Assembly: GCA_032718475.1 (NCBI GenBank)
Contig: JAUCBJ010009107.1
Coordinates: forward strand, 1 to 64,000
Direction: 5' to 3'
DNA from: Nemertoderma westbladi
Taxonomy: Eukaryota > Animalia > Xenacoelomorpha
Length of the DNA stretch: 64,000 nt
Shown piece by piece: positions 12,601 through 27,600 of the stretch. The first letter of the stretch is position 1, and each line of letters opens with the position of its first letter. A program made the translations under genes and the position numbers. The notes below the pieces were generated by a model. The model worked only from the letters and a program-made list of their open reading frames with translations, was not told the DNA's origin and ran no database searches.

Positions 12601-15600
12601 TTGTATTTTGCATCCGTCCTCGTTATTCTGCCCTCTAGCTATTGCTATTGTTGTATTTTGCATCCGTCCTCGTTATTCTGCCCTCTAGCTATTGCTATTG
12701 TTGTATTTTGCATCCGTCCTCGTTATTCTGCCCTCTAGCTATTGCTATGTTGTATTTTGCATCCGTCCTCGTTATTCTGCCCTCTAGCTATTGCTATTGT
12801 TGTATTTTGCATCCGTCCTCGTTATTCTGCCCTCTAGCTATTGCTATTGTTGTATTTTGCATCCGTCCTCGTTATTCTGCCCTCTAGCTATTGCTATGTT
12901 GTATTTTGCATCCGTCCTCGTTATTCTGCCCTCTAGCTATTGCTATTGTTGTATTTTGCATCCGTCCTCGTTATTCTGCCCTCTAGCTATTGCTATGTTG
13001 TATTTTGCATCCGTCCTCGTTATTCTGCCCTCTAGCTATTGCTATGTTGTATTTTGCATCCGTCCTCATTATTCTGCCCTCCAGCTATTGCTATTGTTGT
13101 ATTTTGCATCCGTTCTCGTTATTCTGCCCTCTAGCTATTGCTATTGTTGTATTTTGTATCCGTCCTCGTTATTCTGCCCTCTAGCTATTGCTATTTTGTA
13201 TTTTGTATCCGTCCTCGTTATTCTGCCCTCTAGCTATTGCTATTGTTGTATTTTGTATCCGTCCTCGTTATTCTGCCCTCTAGCTATTGCTATTGTTGTA
13301 TTTTACATCCGTCCTCGTTATTCTGCCCTCTAGCTATTGTTATTGTTGTATTTTGCATCCGTCCTCGTTATTCTGCCCTCTAGCTATTGCTATTGTTGTA
13401 TTTTGTATCCGTCCTCGTTATTCTGCCCTCTAGCTATTGCTATTGTTGTATTTTGTATCCGTCCTCGTTATTCTGACCTCTAGCTATTACTATTGTTGTA
13501 TTTTGCATCCGTCCTCGTTATTCTGCCCTCTAGCTATTGCTATTGTTGTATTTTGTATCCGTCCTCGTTATTCTGCCCTCTAGCTATTGCTATTGTTGTA
13601 TTTTGTATCCGTCCTCGTTATTCTGCCCTCTAGCTATTGTCATGTTGTATTTTGCATCCGTCCTCGTTATTCTGACCTCTAGCTATTACTATTGTTGTAT
13701 TTTGCATCCGTCCTCGTTATTCTGCCCTCTAGCTATTGCTATTGTTGTATTTTGTATCCGTCCTCGTTATTCTGCCCTCTAGCTATTGCTATTGTTGTAT
13801 TTTGCATCCGTCCTCGTTATTCTGCCCTCTAGCTATTGCTATTGTTGTATTTTGTATCCGTCCTCGTTATTCTGCCCTCTAGCTATTGCTATTGTTGTAT
13901 TTTGTATCCGTCCTCGTTATTCTGCCCTCTAGCTATTGTCATGTTGTATTTTGCATCCGTCCTCGTTATTCTGCCCTCTAGCTATTGCTATTGTTGTATT
14001 TTGTATCCGTCCTCGTTATTCTGACCTCTAGCTATTACTATTGTTGTATTTTGCATCCGTCCTCGTTATTCTGCCCTCTAGCTATTGCTATTGTTGTATT
14101 TTGTATCCGTCCTCGTTATTCTGCCCTCTAGCTATTGCTATTGTTGTATTTTGTATCCGTCCTCGTTATTCTGACCTCTAGCTATTACTATTGTTGTATT
14201 TTGCATCCGTCCTCGTTATTCTGCCCTCTAGCTATTGCTATTGTTGTATTTTGTATCCGTCCTCGTTATTCTGCCCTCTAGCTATTGCTATTGTTGTATT
14301 TTGTATCCGTCCTCGTTATTCTGCCCTCTAGCTATTGTCATGTTGTATTTTGCATCCGTCCTCGTTATTCTGACCTCTAGCTATTACTATTGTTGTATTT
14401 TGCATCCGTCCTCGTTATTCTGCCCTCTAGCTATTGCTATTGTTGTATTTTGTATCCGTCCTCGTTATTCTGCCCTCTAGCTATTGCTATTGTTGTATTT
14501 TGCATCCGTCCTCGTTATTCTGCCCTCTAGCTATTGCTATTGTTGTATTTTGTATCCGTCCTCGTTATTCTGCCCTCTAGCTATTGCTATTGTTGTATTT
14601 TGTATCCGTCCTCGTTATTCTGCCCTCTAGCTATTGTCATGTTGTATTTTGCATCCGTCCTCGTTATTCTGCCCTCTAGCTATTGCTATTGTTGTATTTT
14701 GTATCCGTCCTCGTTATTCTGACCTCTAGCTATTACTATTGTTGTATTTTGCATCCGTCCTCGTTATTCTGCCCTCTAGCTATTGCTATTGTTGTATTTT
14801 GTATCCGTCCTCGTTATTCTGCCCTCTAGCTATTGCTATTGTTGTATTTTGTATCCGTCCTCGTTATTCTGCCCTCTAGCTATTGTCATGTTGTATTTTG
14901 CATCCGTCCTCGTTATTCTGCCCTCTAGCTATTGCTATTGTTGTATTTTGCATCCGTCCTCGTTATTCTGCCCTCTAGCTATTGCTATTGTTGTATTTTG
15001 TATCCGTCCTCGTTATTCTGCCCTCTAGCTATTGCTATTGTTGTATTTTGTATCCGTCCTCGTTATTCTGCCCTCTAGCTATTGTCATGTTGTATTTTGT
15101 ATCCGTCCTCGTTATTCTGCCCTCTAGCTATTGCTATGTTGTATTTTGCATCCGTCCTCGTTATTCTGACCTCTAGCTATTGCTATTGTTGTATTTTGCA
15201 TCCGTCCTCTTTATTCTGCCCTCTAGCTATTGCTATTGTTGTATTTTGCATCCGTCCTCGTTATTCTGCCCTCTAGCTATTGCTATTGTTGTATTTTGTA
15301 TCCGTCCTCGTTATTCTGCCCTCTAGCTATTGCCATGTTGTATTTTGTATCCGTCCTCGTTATTCTGCCCTCTAGCTATTGCTATGTTGTATTTTGCATC
15401 CGTCCTCGTTATTCTGCCCTCTAGCTATTGCTATGTTGTATTTTGCATCCGTTCTCGTTATTCTGCCCTCTAGCTATTGCTATTGTTGTATTTTGCATCC
15501 GTCCTCGTTATTCTGCCCTCTAGCTATTGCTATTTTGTATTTTGCATCCGTCCTCATTATTCTGCCCTCCAGCTATTGCTATTTTGTATTTTGCATCCGT

Positions 15601-18600
15601 CCTCGTTATTCTGCCCTATAGCTATTGTTATTGTTGTATTTTGCATCCGTCCTCGTTATTCTGCCCTCTAGCTATTGCTATTGTTGTATTTTGCATCCGT
15701 CCTCGTTATTCTGCCCTCTAGCTATTGCTATTGTTGTATTTTGTATCCGTCCTCGTTATTCTGCCCTCTAGCTATTGCTATTGTTGTATTTTGCATCCGT
15801 CCTCGTTATTCTGCCCTCTAGCTATTGCTATTGTTGTATTTTGCATCCGTCCTCGTTATTCTGCCCTCTAGCTATTGCTATTGTTGTATTTTGTATCCGT
15901 CCTCGTTATTCTGACCTCTAGCTATTGCTATTGTTGTATTTTGTATCCGTCCTCGTTATTCTGCCCTCTAGCTATTGCTATTGTTGTATTTTGCATCCGT
16001 CCTCGTTATTCTGCCCTCTAGCTATTGCTATTGTTGTATTTTGTATCCGTCCTCGTTATTCTGCCCTCTAGCTATTGCTATTGTTGTATTTTGTATCCGT
16101 CCTCGTTATTCTGCCCTCTAGCTATTGCTATTGTTGTATTTTGTATCCGTCCTCGTTATTCTGCCCTCTAGCTATTGCTATTGTTGTATTTTGCATCCGT
16201 CCTCGTTATTCTGCCCTCTAGCTATTGCTATTGTTGTATTTTGTATCCGTCCTCGTTATTCTGCCCTCTAGCTATTGCTATTGTTGTATTTTGTATCCGT
16301 CCTCGTTATTCTGACCTCTAGCTATTGCTATTGTTGTATTTTGCATCCGTCCTCGTTATTCTGCCCTCTAGCTATTGCTATTGTTGTATTTTGCATCCGT
16401 CCTCGTTATTCTGCCCTCTAGCTATTGCTATTGTTGTATTTTGCATCCGTCCTCGTTATTCTGCCCTCTAGCTATTGCTATTGTTGTATTTTGCATCCGT
16501 CCTCGTTATTCTGCCCTCTAGCTATTGCTATTGTTGTATTTTGTATCCGTCCTCGTTATTCTGCCCTCTAGCTATTGCTATTGTTGTATTTTGTATCCGT
16601 CCTCGTTATTCTGCCCTCTAGCTATTGCTATTGTTGTATTTTGCATCCGTCCTCGTTATTCTGCCCTCTAGCTATTGCTATTGTTGTATTTTGCATCCGT
16701 CCTCGTTATTCTGCCCTCTAGCTATTGCTATTGTTGTATTTTGCATCCGCCCTCGTTATTCTGCCCTCTAGCTATTGCTATTGTTGTATTTTGTATCCGT
16801 CCTCGTTATTCTGCCCTCTAGCTATTGCTATTGTTGTATTTTGTATCCGTCCTCGTTATTCTGCCCTCTAGCTATTGCTATTGTTGTATTTTGTATCCGT
16901 CCTCGTTATTCTGCCCTCTAGCTATTGCTATGTTGTATTTTGCATCCGTCCTCGTTATTCTGCCCTATAGCTATTGCTATTGTTGTATTTTGCATCCGTC
17001 CTCGTTATTCTGACCTCTAGCTATTGCTATTGTTGTATTTTGCATCCGTCCTCGTTATTCTGCCCTCTAGCTATTGCTATTGTTGTATTTTGCATCCGTC
17101 CTCGTTATTCTGCCCTCTAGCTATTGCTATTGTTGTATTTTGCATCCGTCCTCGTTATTCTGCCCTCTAGCTATTGCTATTGTTGTATTTTGCATCCGTC
17201 CTCGTTATTCTGCCCTCTAGCTATTGCTATTGTTGTATTTTGTATCCGTCCTCGTTATTCTGCCCTCTAGCTATTGCTATTGTTGTATTTTGCATCCGTC
17301 CTCGTTATTCTGCCCTCTAGCTATTGCTATTGTTGTATTTTGTATCCGTCCTCGTTATTCTGCCCTCTAGCTATTGCTATTGTTGTATTTTGTATCCGTC
17401 CTCGTTATTCTGCCCTCTAGCTATTGCTATTGTTGTATTTTGTATCCGTCCTCGTTATTCTGACCTCTAGCTATTGCTATTGTTGTATTTTGCATCCGTC
17501 CTCGTTATTCTGCCCTCTAGCTATTGCTATTGTTGTATTTTGCATCCGTCCTCGTTATTCTGCCCTCTAGCTATTGCTATTGTTGTATTCTGTATCCGTC
17601 CTCGTTATTCTGCCCTCTAGCTATTGCTATTGTTGTATTTTGCATCCGTCCTCGTTATTCTGCCCTCTAGCTATTGCTATGTTGTATTTTGCATCCGTCC
17701 TCGTTATTCTGCCCTCTAGCTATTGCTATGTTGTATTTTGTATCCGTCCTCGTTATTCTGCCCTCTAGCTATTGCTATTGTTGTATTTTGCATCCGTCCT
17801 CGTTATTCTGCCCTCTAGCTATTGCTATTGTTGTATTTTGTATCCGTTCTCGTTATTCTGCCCTCTAGCTATTGCTATTGTTGTATTTTGCATCCGTCCT
17901 CGTTATTCTGCCCTCTAGCTATTGCTATTGTTGTATTTTGTATCCGTCCTCGTTATTCTGCCCTCTAGCTATTGCTATTGTTGTATTTTGTATCCGTCCT
18001 CGTTATTCTGCCCTCTAGCTATTGCTATTGTTGTATTTTGTATCCGTCCTCGTTATTCTGACCTCTAGCTATTGCTATTGTTGTATTTTGCATCCGTCCT
18101 CGTTATTCTGCCCTCTAGCTATTGCTATGTTGTATTTTGCATCCGTCCTCGTTATTCTGCCCTCTAGCTATTGCTATTGTTGTATTTTGCATCCGTCCTC
18201 GTTATTCTGCCCTCTAGCTATTGCTATGTTGTATTTTGCATCCGTCCTCGTTATTCTGCCCTCTAGCTATTGCTATGTTGTATTTTGCATCCGTCCTCGT
18301 TATTCTGCCCTCTAGCTATTGCTATTGTTGTATTTTGCATCCGTCCTCGTTATTCTGCCCTCTAGCTATTGCTATTGTTGTATTTTGCATCCGTCCTCGT
18401 TATTCTGCCCTCTAGCTATTGCTATGTTGTATTTTGCATCCGTCCTCGTTATTCTGCCCTCTAGCTATTGCTATTGTTGTATTTTGCATCCGTCCTCGTT
18501 ATTCTGCCCTCTAGCTATTGCTATGTTGTATTTTGCATCCGTCCTCGTTATTCTGCCCTCTAGCTATTGCTATGTTGTATTTTGCAGTCGTCCTCATTAT

Positions 18601-21600
18601 TCTGCCCTCCAGCTATTGCTATTGTTGTATTTTGCATCCGTTCTCGTTATTCTGCCCTCTAGCTATTGCTATTGTTGTATTTTGTATCCGTCCTCGTTAT
18701 TCTGCCCTCTAGCTATTGCTATTTTGTATTTTGTATCCGTCCTCGTTATTCTGCCCTCTAGCTATTGCTATTGTTGTATTTTGTATCCGTCCTCGTTATT
18801 CTGCCCTCTAGCTATTGCTATTGTTGTATTTTACATCCGTCCTCGTTATTCTGCCCTCTAGCTATTGTTATTGTTGTATTTTGCATCCGTCCTCGTTATT
18901 CTGCCCTCTAGCTATTGCTATTGTTGTATTTTGTATCCGTCCTCGTTATTCTGCCCTCTAGCTATTGCTATTGTTGTATTTTGTATCCGTCCTCGTTATT
19001 CTGACCTCTAGCTATTACTATTGTTGTATTTTGCATCCGTCCTCGTTATTCTGCCCTCTAGCTATTGCTATTGTTGTATTTTGTATCCGTCCTCGTTATT
19101 CTGCCCTCTAGCTATTGCTATTGTTGTATTTTGCATCCGTCCTCGTTATTCTGCCCTCTAGCTATTGCTATTGTTGTATTTTGTATCCGTCCTCGTTATT
19201 CTGCCCTCTAGCTATTGCTATTGTTGTATTTTGTATCCGTCCTCGTTATTCTGCCCTCTAGCTATTGTCATGTTGTATTTTGTATCCGTCCTCGTTATTC
19301 TGCCCTCTAGCTATTGCTATGTTGTATTTTGCATCCGTCCTCGTTATTCTGACCTCTAGCTATTGCTATTGTTGTATTTTGCATCCGTCCTCTTTATTCT
19401 GCCCTCTAGCTATTGCTATTGTTGTATTTTGCATCCGTCCTCGTTATTCTGCCCTCTAGCTATTGCTATTGTTGTATTTTGTATCCGTCCTCGTTATTCT
19501 GCCCTCTAGCTATTGCCATGTTGTATTTTGTATCCGTCCTCGTTATTCTGCCCTCTAGCTATTGCTATGTTGTATTTTGCATCCGTCCTCGTTATTCTGC
19601 CCTCTAGCTATTGCTATGTTGTATTTTGCATCCGTTCTCGTTATTCTGCCCTCTAGCTATTGCTATTGTTGTATTTTGCATCCGTCCTCGTTATTCTGCC
19701 CTCTAGCTATTGCTATTTTGTATTTTGCATCCGTCCTCATTATTCTGCCCTCCAGCTATTGCTATTTTGTATTTTGCATCCGTCCTCGTTATTCTGCCCT
19801 ATAGCTATTGTTATTGTTGTATTTTGCATCCGTCCTCGTTATTCTGCCCTCTAGCTATTGCTATTGTTGTATTTTGCATCCGCCCTCGTTATTCTGCCCT
19901 CTAGCTATTGCTATTGTTGTATTTTGTATCCGTCCTCGTTATTCTGCCCTCTAGCTATTGCTATTGTTGTATTTTTCATCCGTCCTCGTTATTCTGCCCT
20001 CTAGCTATTGCTATTTTGTATTTTGCATCCGTCCTCATTATTCTGCCCTCTAGCTATTGCTATTGTTGTATTTTGCATCCGTCCTCGTTATTCTGCCCTC
20101 TAGCTATTGCTATTGTTGTATTTTGTATCCGTCCTCGTTATTCTGCCCTATAGCTATTGCTATTGTTGTATTTTGTATCCGTCCTCATTATTCTGCCCTC
20201 CAGCTATTGCTATTGTTGTATTTTGCATCCGTCCTCGTTATTCTGCCCTCTAGCTATTGCTATTGTTGTATTTTGTATCCGTCCTCGTTATTCTGCCCTC
20301 TAGCTATTGCTATTGTTGTATTTTGTATCCGTCCTCGTTATTCTGCCCTCTAGCTATTGCTATTGTTGTATTTTGTATCCGTCCTCGTTATTCTGACCTC
20401 TAGCTATTGCTATTGTTGTATTTTGCATCCGTCCTCGTTATTCTGCCCTCTAGCTATTGCTATTGTTGTATTTTGTATCCGTCCTCGTTATTCTGCCCTC
20501 TAGCTATTGCTATTGTTGTATTTTGCATCCGTCTTCGTTATTCTGACCTCTAGCTATTGCTATTGTTGTATTTTGCATCCGTCCTCGTTATTCTGCCCTC
20601 TAGCTATTGCTATTGTTGTATTTTGTATCCGTCCTCGTTATTCTGCCCTCTAGCTATTGCTATTGTTGTATTTTGTATCCGTCCTCGTTATTCTGCCCTC
20701 TAGCTATTGTCATGTTGTATTTTGTATCCGTCCTCGTTATTCTGCCCTCTAGCTATTGCTATTGTTGTATTTTGTATCCGTCCTCGTTATTCTGCCCTCT
20801 AGCTATTGCTATTTTGTATTTTGCATCCGTCCTCATTATTCTGCCCTCTAGCTATTGCTATTGTTGTATTTTGTATCCGTCCTCGTTATTCTGCCCTCTA
20901 GCTATTGCTATTGTTGTATTTTGTATCCGTCCTCGTTATTCTGACCTCTAGCTATTGCTATTGTTGTATTTTGCATCCGTCCTCGTTATTCTGCCCTCTA
21001 GCTATTGCTATTGTTGTATTTTGTATCCGTCCTCGTTATTCTGCCCTATAGCTATTGCTATTGTTGTATTTTGTATCCGTCCTCATTATTCTGCCCTCTA
21101 GCTATTGCTATTGTTATATTTTGCATCCGTCCTCGTTATTCTGCCCTCTAGCTATTGCTATTGTTGTATTTTGCATCCGTCCTCGTTATTCTGCCCTCTA
21201 GCTATTGCTATTGTTGTATTTTGCATCCGTCCTCGTTATTCTGCCCTCTAGCTATTGCTATTGTTGTATTTTGTATCCGTCCTCGTTATTCTGCCCTATA
21301 GCTATTGCTATTGTTGTATTTTGTATCCGTCCTCATTATTCTGCCCTCCAGCTATTGCTATTGTTGTATTTTGCATCCGTCCTCGTTATTCTGCCCTCTA
21401 GCTATTGCTATTGTTGTATTTTGTATCCGTCCTCGTTATTCTGCCCTCTAGCTATTGCTATTGTTGTATTTTGTATCCGTCCTCGTTATTCTGCCCTCTA
21501 GCTATTGCTATTGTTGTATTTTGTATCCGTCCTCGTTATTCTGACCTCTAGCTATTGCTATTGTTGTATTTTGCATCCGTCCTCGTTATTCTGCCCTCTA

Positions 21601-24600
21601 GCTATTGCTATTGTTGTATTTTGTATCCGTCCTCGTTATTCTGCCCTATAGCTATTGCTATTGTTGTATTTTGTATCCGTCCTCATTATTCTGCCCTCCA
21701 GCTATTGCTATTGTTGTATTTTGCATCCGTTCTCGTTATTCTGCCCTCTAGCTATTGCTATTGTTGTATTTTGTATCCGTCCTCGTTATTCTGCCCTCTA
21801 GCTATTGCTATTGTTGTATTTTGTATCCGTCCTCGTTATTCTGCCCTCTAGCTATTGCTATTGTTGTATTTTGTATCCGTCCTCGTTATTCTGCCCTATA
21901 GCTATTGCTATTGTTGTATTTTGTATCCGTCCTCGTTATTCTGACCTCTAGCTATTGCTATTGTTGTATTTTGCATCCGTTCTCGTTATTCTGCCCTCTA
22001 GCTATTGCTATTGTTGTATTTTGTATCCGTCCTCGTTATTCTGCCCTCTAGCTATTGCTATTGTTGTATTTTGTATCCGTCCTCGTTATTCTGACCTCTA
22101 GCTATTGCTATTGTTGTATTTTGCATCCGTCCTCGTTATTCTGCCCTCTAGCTATTGCTATTGTTGTATTTTGTATCCGTCCTCGTTATTCTGCCCTCTA
22201 GCTATTGCTATTGTTGTATTTTGCATCCGTCTTCGTTATTCTGACCTCTAGCTATTGCTATTGTTGTATTTTGCATCCGTCCTCGTTATTCTGCCCTCTA
22301 GCTATTGCTATTGTTGTATTTTGTATCCGTCCTCGTTATTCTGCCCTCTAGCTATTGCTATTGTTGTATTTTGTATCCGTCCTCGTTATTCTGCCCTCTA
22401 GCTATTGTCATGTTGTATTTTGTATCCGTCCTCGTTATTCTGCCCTCTAGCTATTGCTATGTTGTATTTTGCATCCGTCCTCGTTATTCTGACCTCTAGC
22501 TATTGCTATTGTTGTATTTTGTATCCGTCCTCGTTATTCTGCCCTCTAGCTATTGTCATGTTGTATTTTGTATCCGTCCTCGTTATTCTGCCCTCTAGCT
22601 ATTGCTATTGTTGTATTTTGCATCCGTCTTCGTTATTCTGACCTCTAGCTATTGCTATTGTTGTATTTTGCATCCGTCCTCGTTATTCTGCCCTCTAGCT
22701 ATTGCTATTGTTGTATTTTGTATCCGTCCTCGTTATTCTGCCCTCTAGCTATTGCTATTGTTGTATTTTGTATCCGTCCTCGTTATTCTGCCCTCTAGCT
22801 ATTGCTATTGTTGTATTTTGCATCCGTCCTCGTTATTCTGCCCTCTAGCTATTGCTATTGTTGTATTTTGCATCCGTCCTCGTTATTCTGCCCTCTAGCT
22901 ATTGCTATTGTTGTATTTTGTATCCGTCCTCGTTATTCTGCCCTCTAGCTATTGCCATGTTGTATTTTGTATCCGTCCTCGTTATTCTGCCCTCTAGCTA
23001 TTGCTATGTTGTATTTTGCATCCGTCCTCGTTATTCTGCCCTCTAGCTATTGCTATGTTGTATTTTGCATCCGTTCTCGTTATTCTGCCCTCTAGCTATT
23101 GCTATGTTGTATTTTGCATCCGTTCTCGTTATTCTGCCCTCTAGCTATTGCTATTGTTGTATTTTGCATCCGTCCTCGTTATTCTGCCCTCTAGCTATTG
23201 CTATTGTTGTATTTTGTATCCGTCCTCGTTATTCTGCCCTCTAGCTATTGCTATTGTTGTATTTTGTATCCGTCCTCGTTATTCTGCCCTCTAGCTATTG
23301 TCATGTTGTATTTTGTATCCGTCCTCGTTATTCTGCCCTCTAGCTATTGCTATGTTGTATTTTGCATCCGTCCTCGTTATTCTGACCTCTAGCTATTGCT
23401 ATTGTTGTATTTTGTATCCGTCCTCGTTATTCTGCCCTCTAGCTATTGTCATGTTGTATTTTGTATCCGTCCTCGTTATTCTGCCCTCTAGCTATTGCTA
23501 TTGTTGTATTTTGCATCCGTCTTCGTTATTCTGACCTCTAGCTATTGCTATTGTTGTATTTTGCATCCGTCCTCATTATTCTGCCCTCTAGCTATTGCTA
23601 TTGTTGTATTTTGTATCCGTCCTCGTTATTCTGCCCTCTAGCTATTGCTATTGTTGTATTTTGTATCCGTCCTCGTTATTCTGCCCTCTAGCTATTGCTA
23701 TTGTTGTATTTTGCATCCGTCCTCGTTATTCTGCCCTCTAGCTATTGCTATTGTTGTATTTTGTATCCGTCCTCGTTATTCTGCCCTCTAGCTATTGTCA
23801 TGTTGTATTTTGTATCCGTCCTCGTTATTCTGCCCTCTAGCTATTGCTATTGTTGTATTTTACATCCGTCCTCGTTATTCTGCCCTCTAGCTATTGTTAT
23901 TGTTGTATTTTGCATCCGTCCTCGTTATTCTGCCCTCTAGCTATTGCTATTGTTGTATTTTGTATCCGTCCTCGTTATTCTGCCCTCTAGCTATTGCTAT
24001 TGTTGTATTTTGTATCCGTCCTCGTTATTCTGACCTCTAGCTATTACTATTGTTGTATTTTGCATCCGTCCTCGTTATTCTGCCCTCTAGCTATTGCTAT
24101 TGTTGTATTTTGTATCCGTCCTCGTTATTCTGCCCTCTAGCTATTGCTATTGTTGTATTTTGCATCCGTCCTCGTTATTCTGCCCTCTAGCTATTGCTAT
24201 TGTTGTATTTTGTATCCGTCCTCGTTATTCTGCCCTCTAGCTATTGCTATTGTTGTATTTTGTATCCGTCCTCGTTATTCTGCCCTCTAGCTATTGTCAT
24301 GTTGTATTTTGTATCCGTCCTCGTTATTCTGCCCTCTAGCTATTGCTATGTTGTATTTTGCATCCGTCCTCGTTATTCTGACCTCTAGCTATTGCTATTG
24401 TTGTATTTTGCATCCGTCCTCTTTATTCTGCCCTCTAGCTATTGCTATTGTTGTATTTTGCATCCGTCCTCGTTATTCTGCCCTCTAGCTATTGCTATTG
24501 TTGTATTTTGTATCCGTCCTCGTTATTCTGCCCTCTAGCTATTGCCATGTTGTATTTTGTATCCGTCCTCGTTATTCTGCCCTCTAGCTATTGCTATGTT

Positions 24601-27600
24601 GTATTTTGCATCCGTCCTCGTTATTCTGCCCTCTAGCTATTGCTATGTTGTATTTTGCATCCGTTCTCGTTATTCTGCCCTCTAGCTATTGCTATTGTTG
24701 TATTTTGCATCCGTCCTCGTTATTCTGCCCTCTAGCTATTGCTATTTTGTATTTTGCATCCGTCCTCATTATTCTGCCCTCCAGCTATTGCTATTTTGTA
24801 TTTTGCATCCGTCCTCGTTATTCTGCCCTATAGCTATTGTTATTGTTGTATTTTGCATCCGTCCTCGTTATTCTGCCCTCTAGCTATTGCTATTGTTGTA
24901 TTTTGCATCCGCCCTCGTTATTCTGCCCTCTAGCTATTGCTATTGTTGTATTTTGTATCCGTCCTCGTTATTCTGCCCTCTAGCTATTGCTATTGTTGTA
25001 TTTTGCATCCGTCCTCGTTATTCTGCCCTCTAGCTATTGCTATTTTGTATTTTGCATCCGTCCTCATTATTCTGCCCTCTAGCTATTGCTATTGTTGTAT
25101 TTTGCATCCGTCCTCGTTATTCTGCCCTCTAGCTATTGCTATTGTTGTATTTTGTATCCGTCCTCGTTATTCTGCCCTATAGCTATTGCTATTGTTGTAT
25201 TTTGTATCCGTCCTCATTATTCTGCCCTCCAGCTATTGCTATTGTTGTATTTTGCATCCGTCCTCGTTATTCTGCCCTCTAGCTATTGCTATTGTTGTAT
25301 TTTGTATCCGTCCTCGTTATTCTGCCCTCTAGCTATTGCTATTGTTGTATTTTGTATCCGTCCTCGTTATTCTGCCCTCTAGCTATTGCTATTGTTGTAT
25401 TTTGTATCCGTCCTCGTTATTCTGACCTCTAGCTATTGCTATTGTTGTATTTTGCATCCGTCCTCGTTATTCTGCCCTCTAGCTATTGCTATTGTTGTAT
25501 TTTGTATCCGTCCTCGTTATTCTGCCCTCTAGCTATTGCTATTGTTGTATTTTGCATCCGTCTTCGTTATTCTGACCTCTAGCTATTGCTATTGTTGTAT
25601 TTTGCATCCGTCCTCGTTATTCTGCCCTCTAGCTATTGCTATTGTTGTATTTTGTATCCGTCCTCGTTATTCTGCCCTCTAGCTATTGCTATTGTTGTAT
25701 TTTGTATCCGTCCTCGTTATTCTGCCCTCTAGCTATTGTCATGTTGTATTTTGTATCCGTCCTCGTTATTCTGCCCTCTAGCTATTGCTATTGTTGTATT
25801 TTGTATCCGTCCTCGTTATTCTGCCCTCTAGCTATTGCCATGTTGTATTTTGTATCCGTCCTCGTTATTCTGCCCTCTAGCTATTGCTATTGTTGTATTT
25901 TGCATCCGTCCTCGTTATTTTGCCCTCTAGCTATTGCTATTGTTGTATTTTGCATCCGTCCTCGTTATTCTGACCTCTAGCTATTGCTATTGTTGTATTT
26001 TGCATCCGTCCTCGTTATTCTGCCCTCTAGCTATTGCTATTGTTGTATTTTGCATCCGTCCTCGTTATTCTGCCCTCTAGCTATTGCTATTGTTGTATTT
26101 TGTATCCGTCCTCGTTATTCTGCCCTATAGCTATTGCTATTGTTGTATTTTGTATCCGTCCTCATTATTCTGCCCTCCAGCTATTGCTATTGTTGTATTT
26201 TGCATCCGTTCTCGTTATTCTGCCCTCTAGCTATTGCTATTGTTGTATTTTGTATCCGTCCTCGTTATTCTGCCCTCTAGCTATTGCTATTGTTGTATTT
26301 TGTATCCGTCCTCGTTATTCTGCCCTCTAGCTATTGCTATTGTTGTATTTTGTATCCGTCCTCGTTATTCTGACCTCTAGCTATTGCTATTGTTGTATTT
26401 TGCATCCGTCCTCGTTATTCTGCCCTCTAGCTATTGCTATTGTTGTATTTTGTATCCGTCCTCGTTATTCTGCCCTCTAGCTATTGCTATTGTTGTATTT
26501 TGCATCCGTCTTCGTTATTCTGACCTCTAGCTATTGCTATTGTTGTATTTTGCATCCGTCCTCGTTATTCTGCCCTCTAGCTATTGCTATTGTTGTATTT
26601 TGTATCCGTCCTCGTTATTCTGCCCTCTAGCTATTGCTATTGTTGTATTTTGTATCCGTCCTCGTTATTCTGCCCTCTAGCTATTGTCATGTTGTATTTT
26701 GTATCCGTCCTCGTTATTCTGCCCTCTAGCTATTGCTATGTTGTATTTTGCATCCGTCCTCGTTATTCTGACCTCTAGCTATTGCTATTGTTGTATTTTG
26801 TATCCGTCCTCGTTATTCTGCCCTCTAGCTATTGTCATGTTGTATTTTGTATCCGTCCTCGTTATTCTGCCCTCTAGCTATTGCTATTGTTGTATTTTGC
26901 ATCCGTCTTCGTTATTCTGACCTCTAGCTATTGCTATTGTTGTATTTTGCATCCGTCCTCGTTATTCTGCCCTCTAGCTATTGCTATTGTTGTATTTTGT
27001 ATCCGTCCTCGTTATTCTGCCCTCTAGCTATTGCTATTGTTGTATTTTGTATCCGTCCTCGTTATTCTGCCCTCTAGCTATTGCTATTGTTGTATTTTGC
27101 ATCCGTCCTCGTTATTCTGCCCTCTAGCTATTGCTATTGTTGTATTTTGCATCCGTCCTCGTTATTCTGCCCTCTAGCTATTGCTATTGTTGTATTTTGT
27201 ATCCGTCCTCGTTATTCTGCCCTCTAGCTATTGCCATGTTGTATTTTGTATCCGTCCTCGTTATTCTGCCCTCTAGCTATTGCTATGTTGTATTTTGCAT
27301 CCGTCCTCGTTATTCTGCCCTCTAGCTATTGCTATGTTGTATTTTGCATCCGTTCTCGTTATTCTGCCCTCTAGCTATTGCTATTGTTGTATTTTGCACC
27401 CGTCCTCGTTATTCTGCCCTCTAGCTATTGCTATTTTGTATTTTGCATCCGTCCTCATTATTCTGCCCTCCAGCTATTGCTATTTTGTATTTTGCATCCG
27501 TCCTCGTTATTCTGCCCTATAGCTATTGTTATTGTTGTATTTTGCATCCGTCCTCGTTATTCTGCCCTCTAGCTATTGCTATTGTTGTATTTTGTATCCG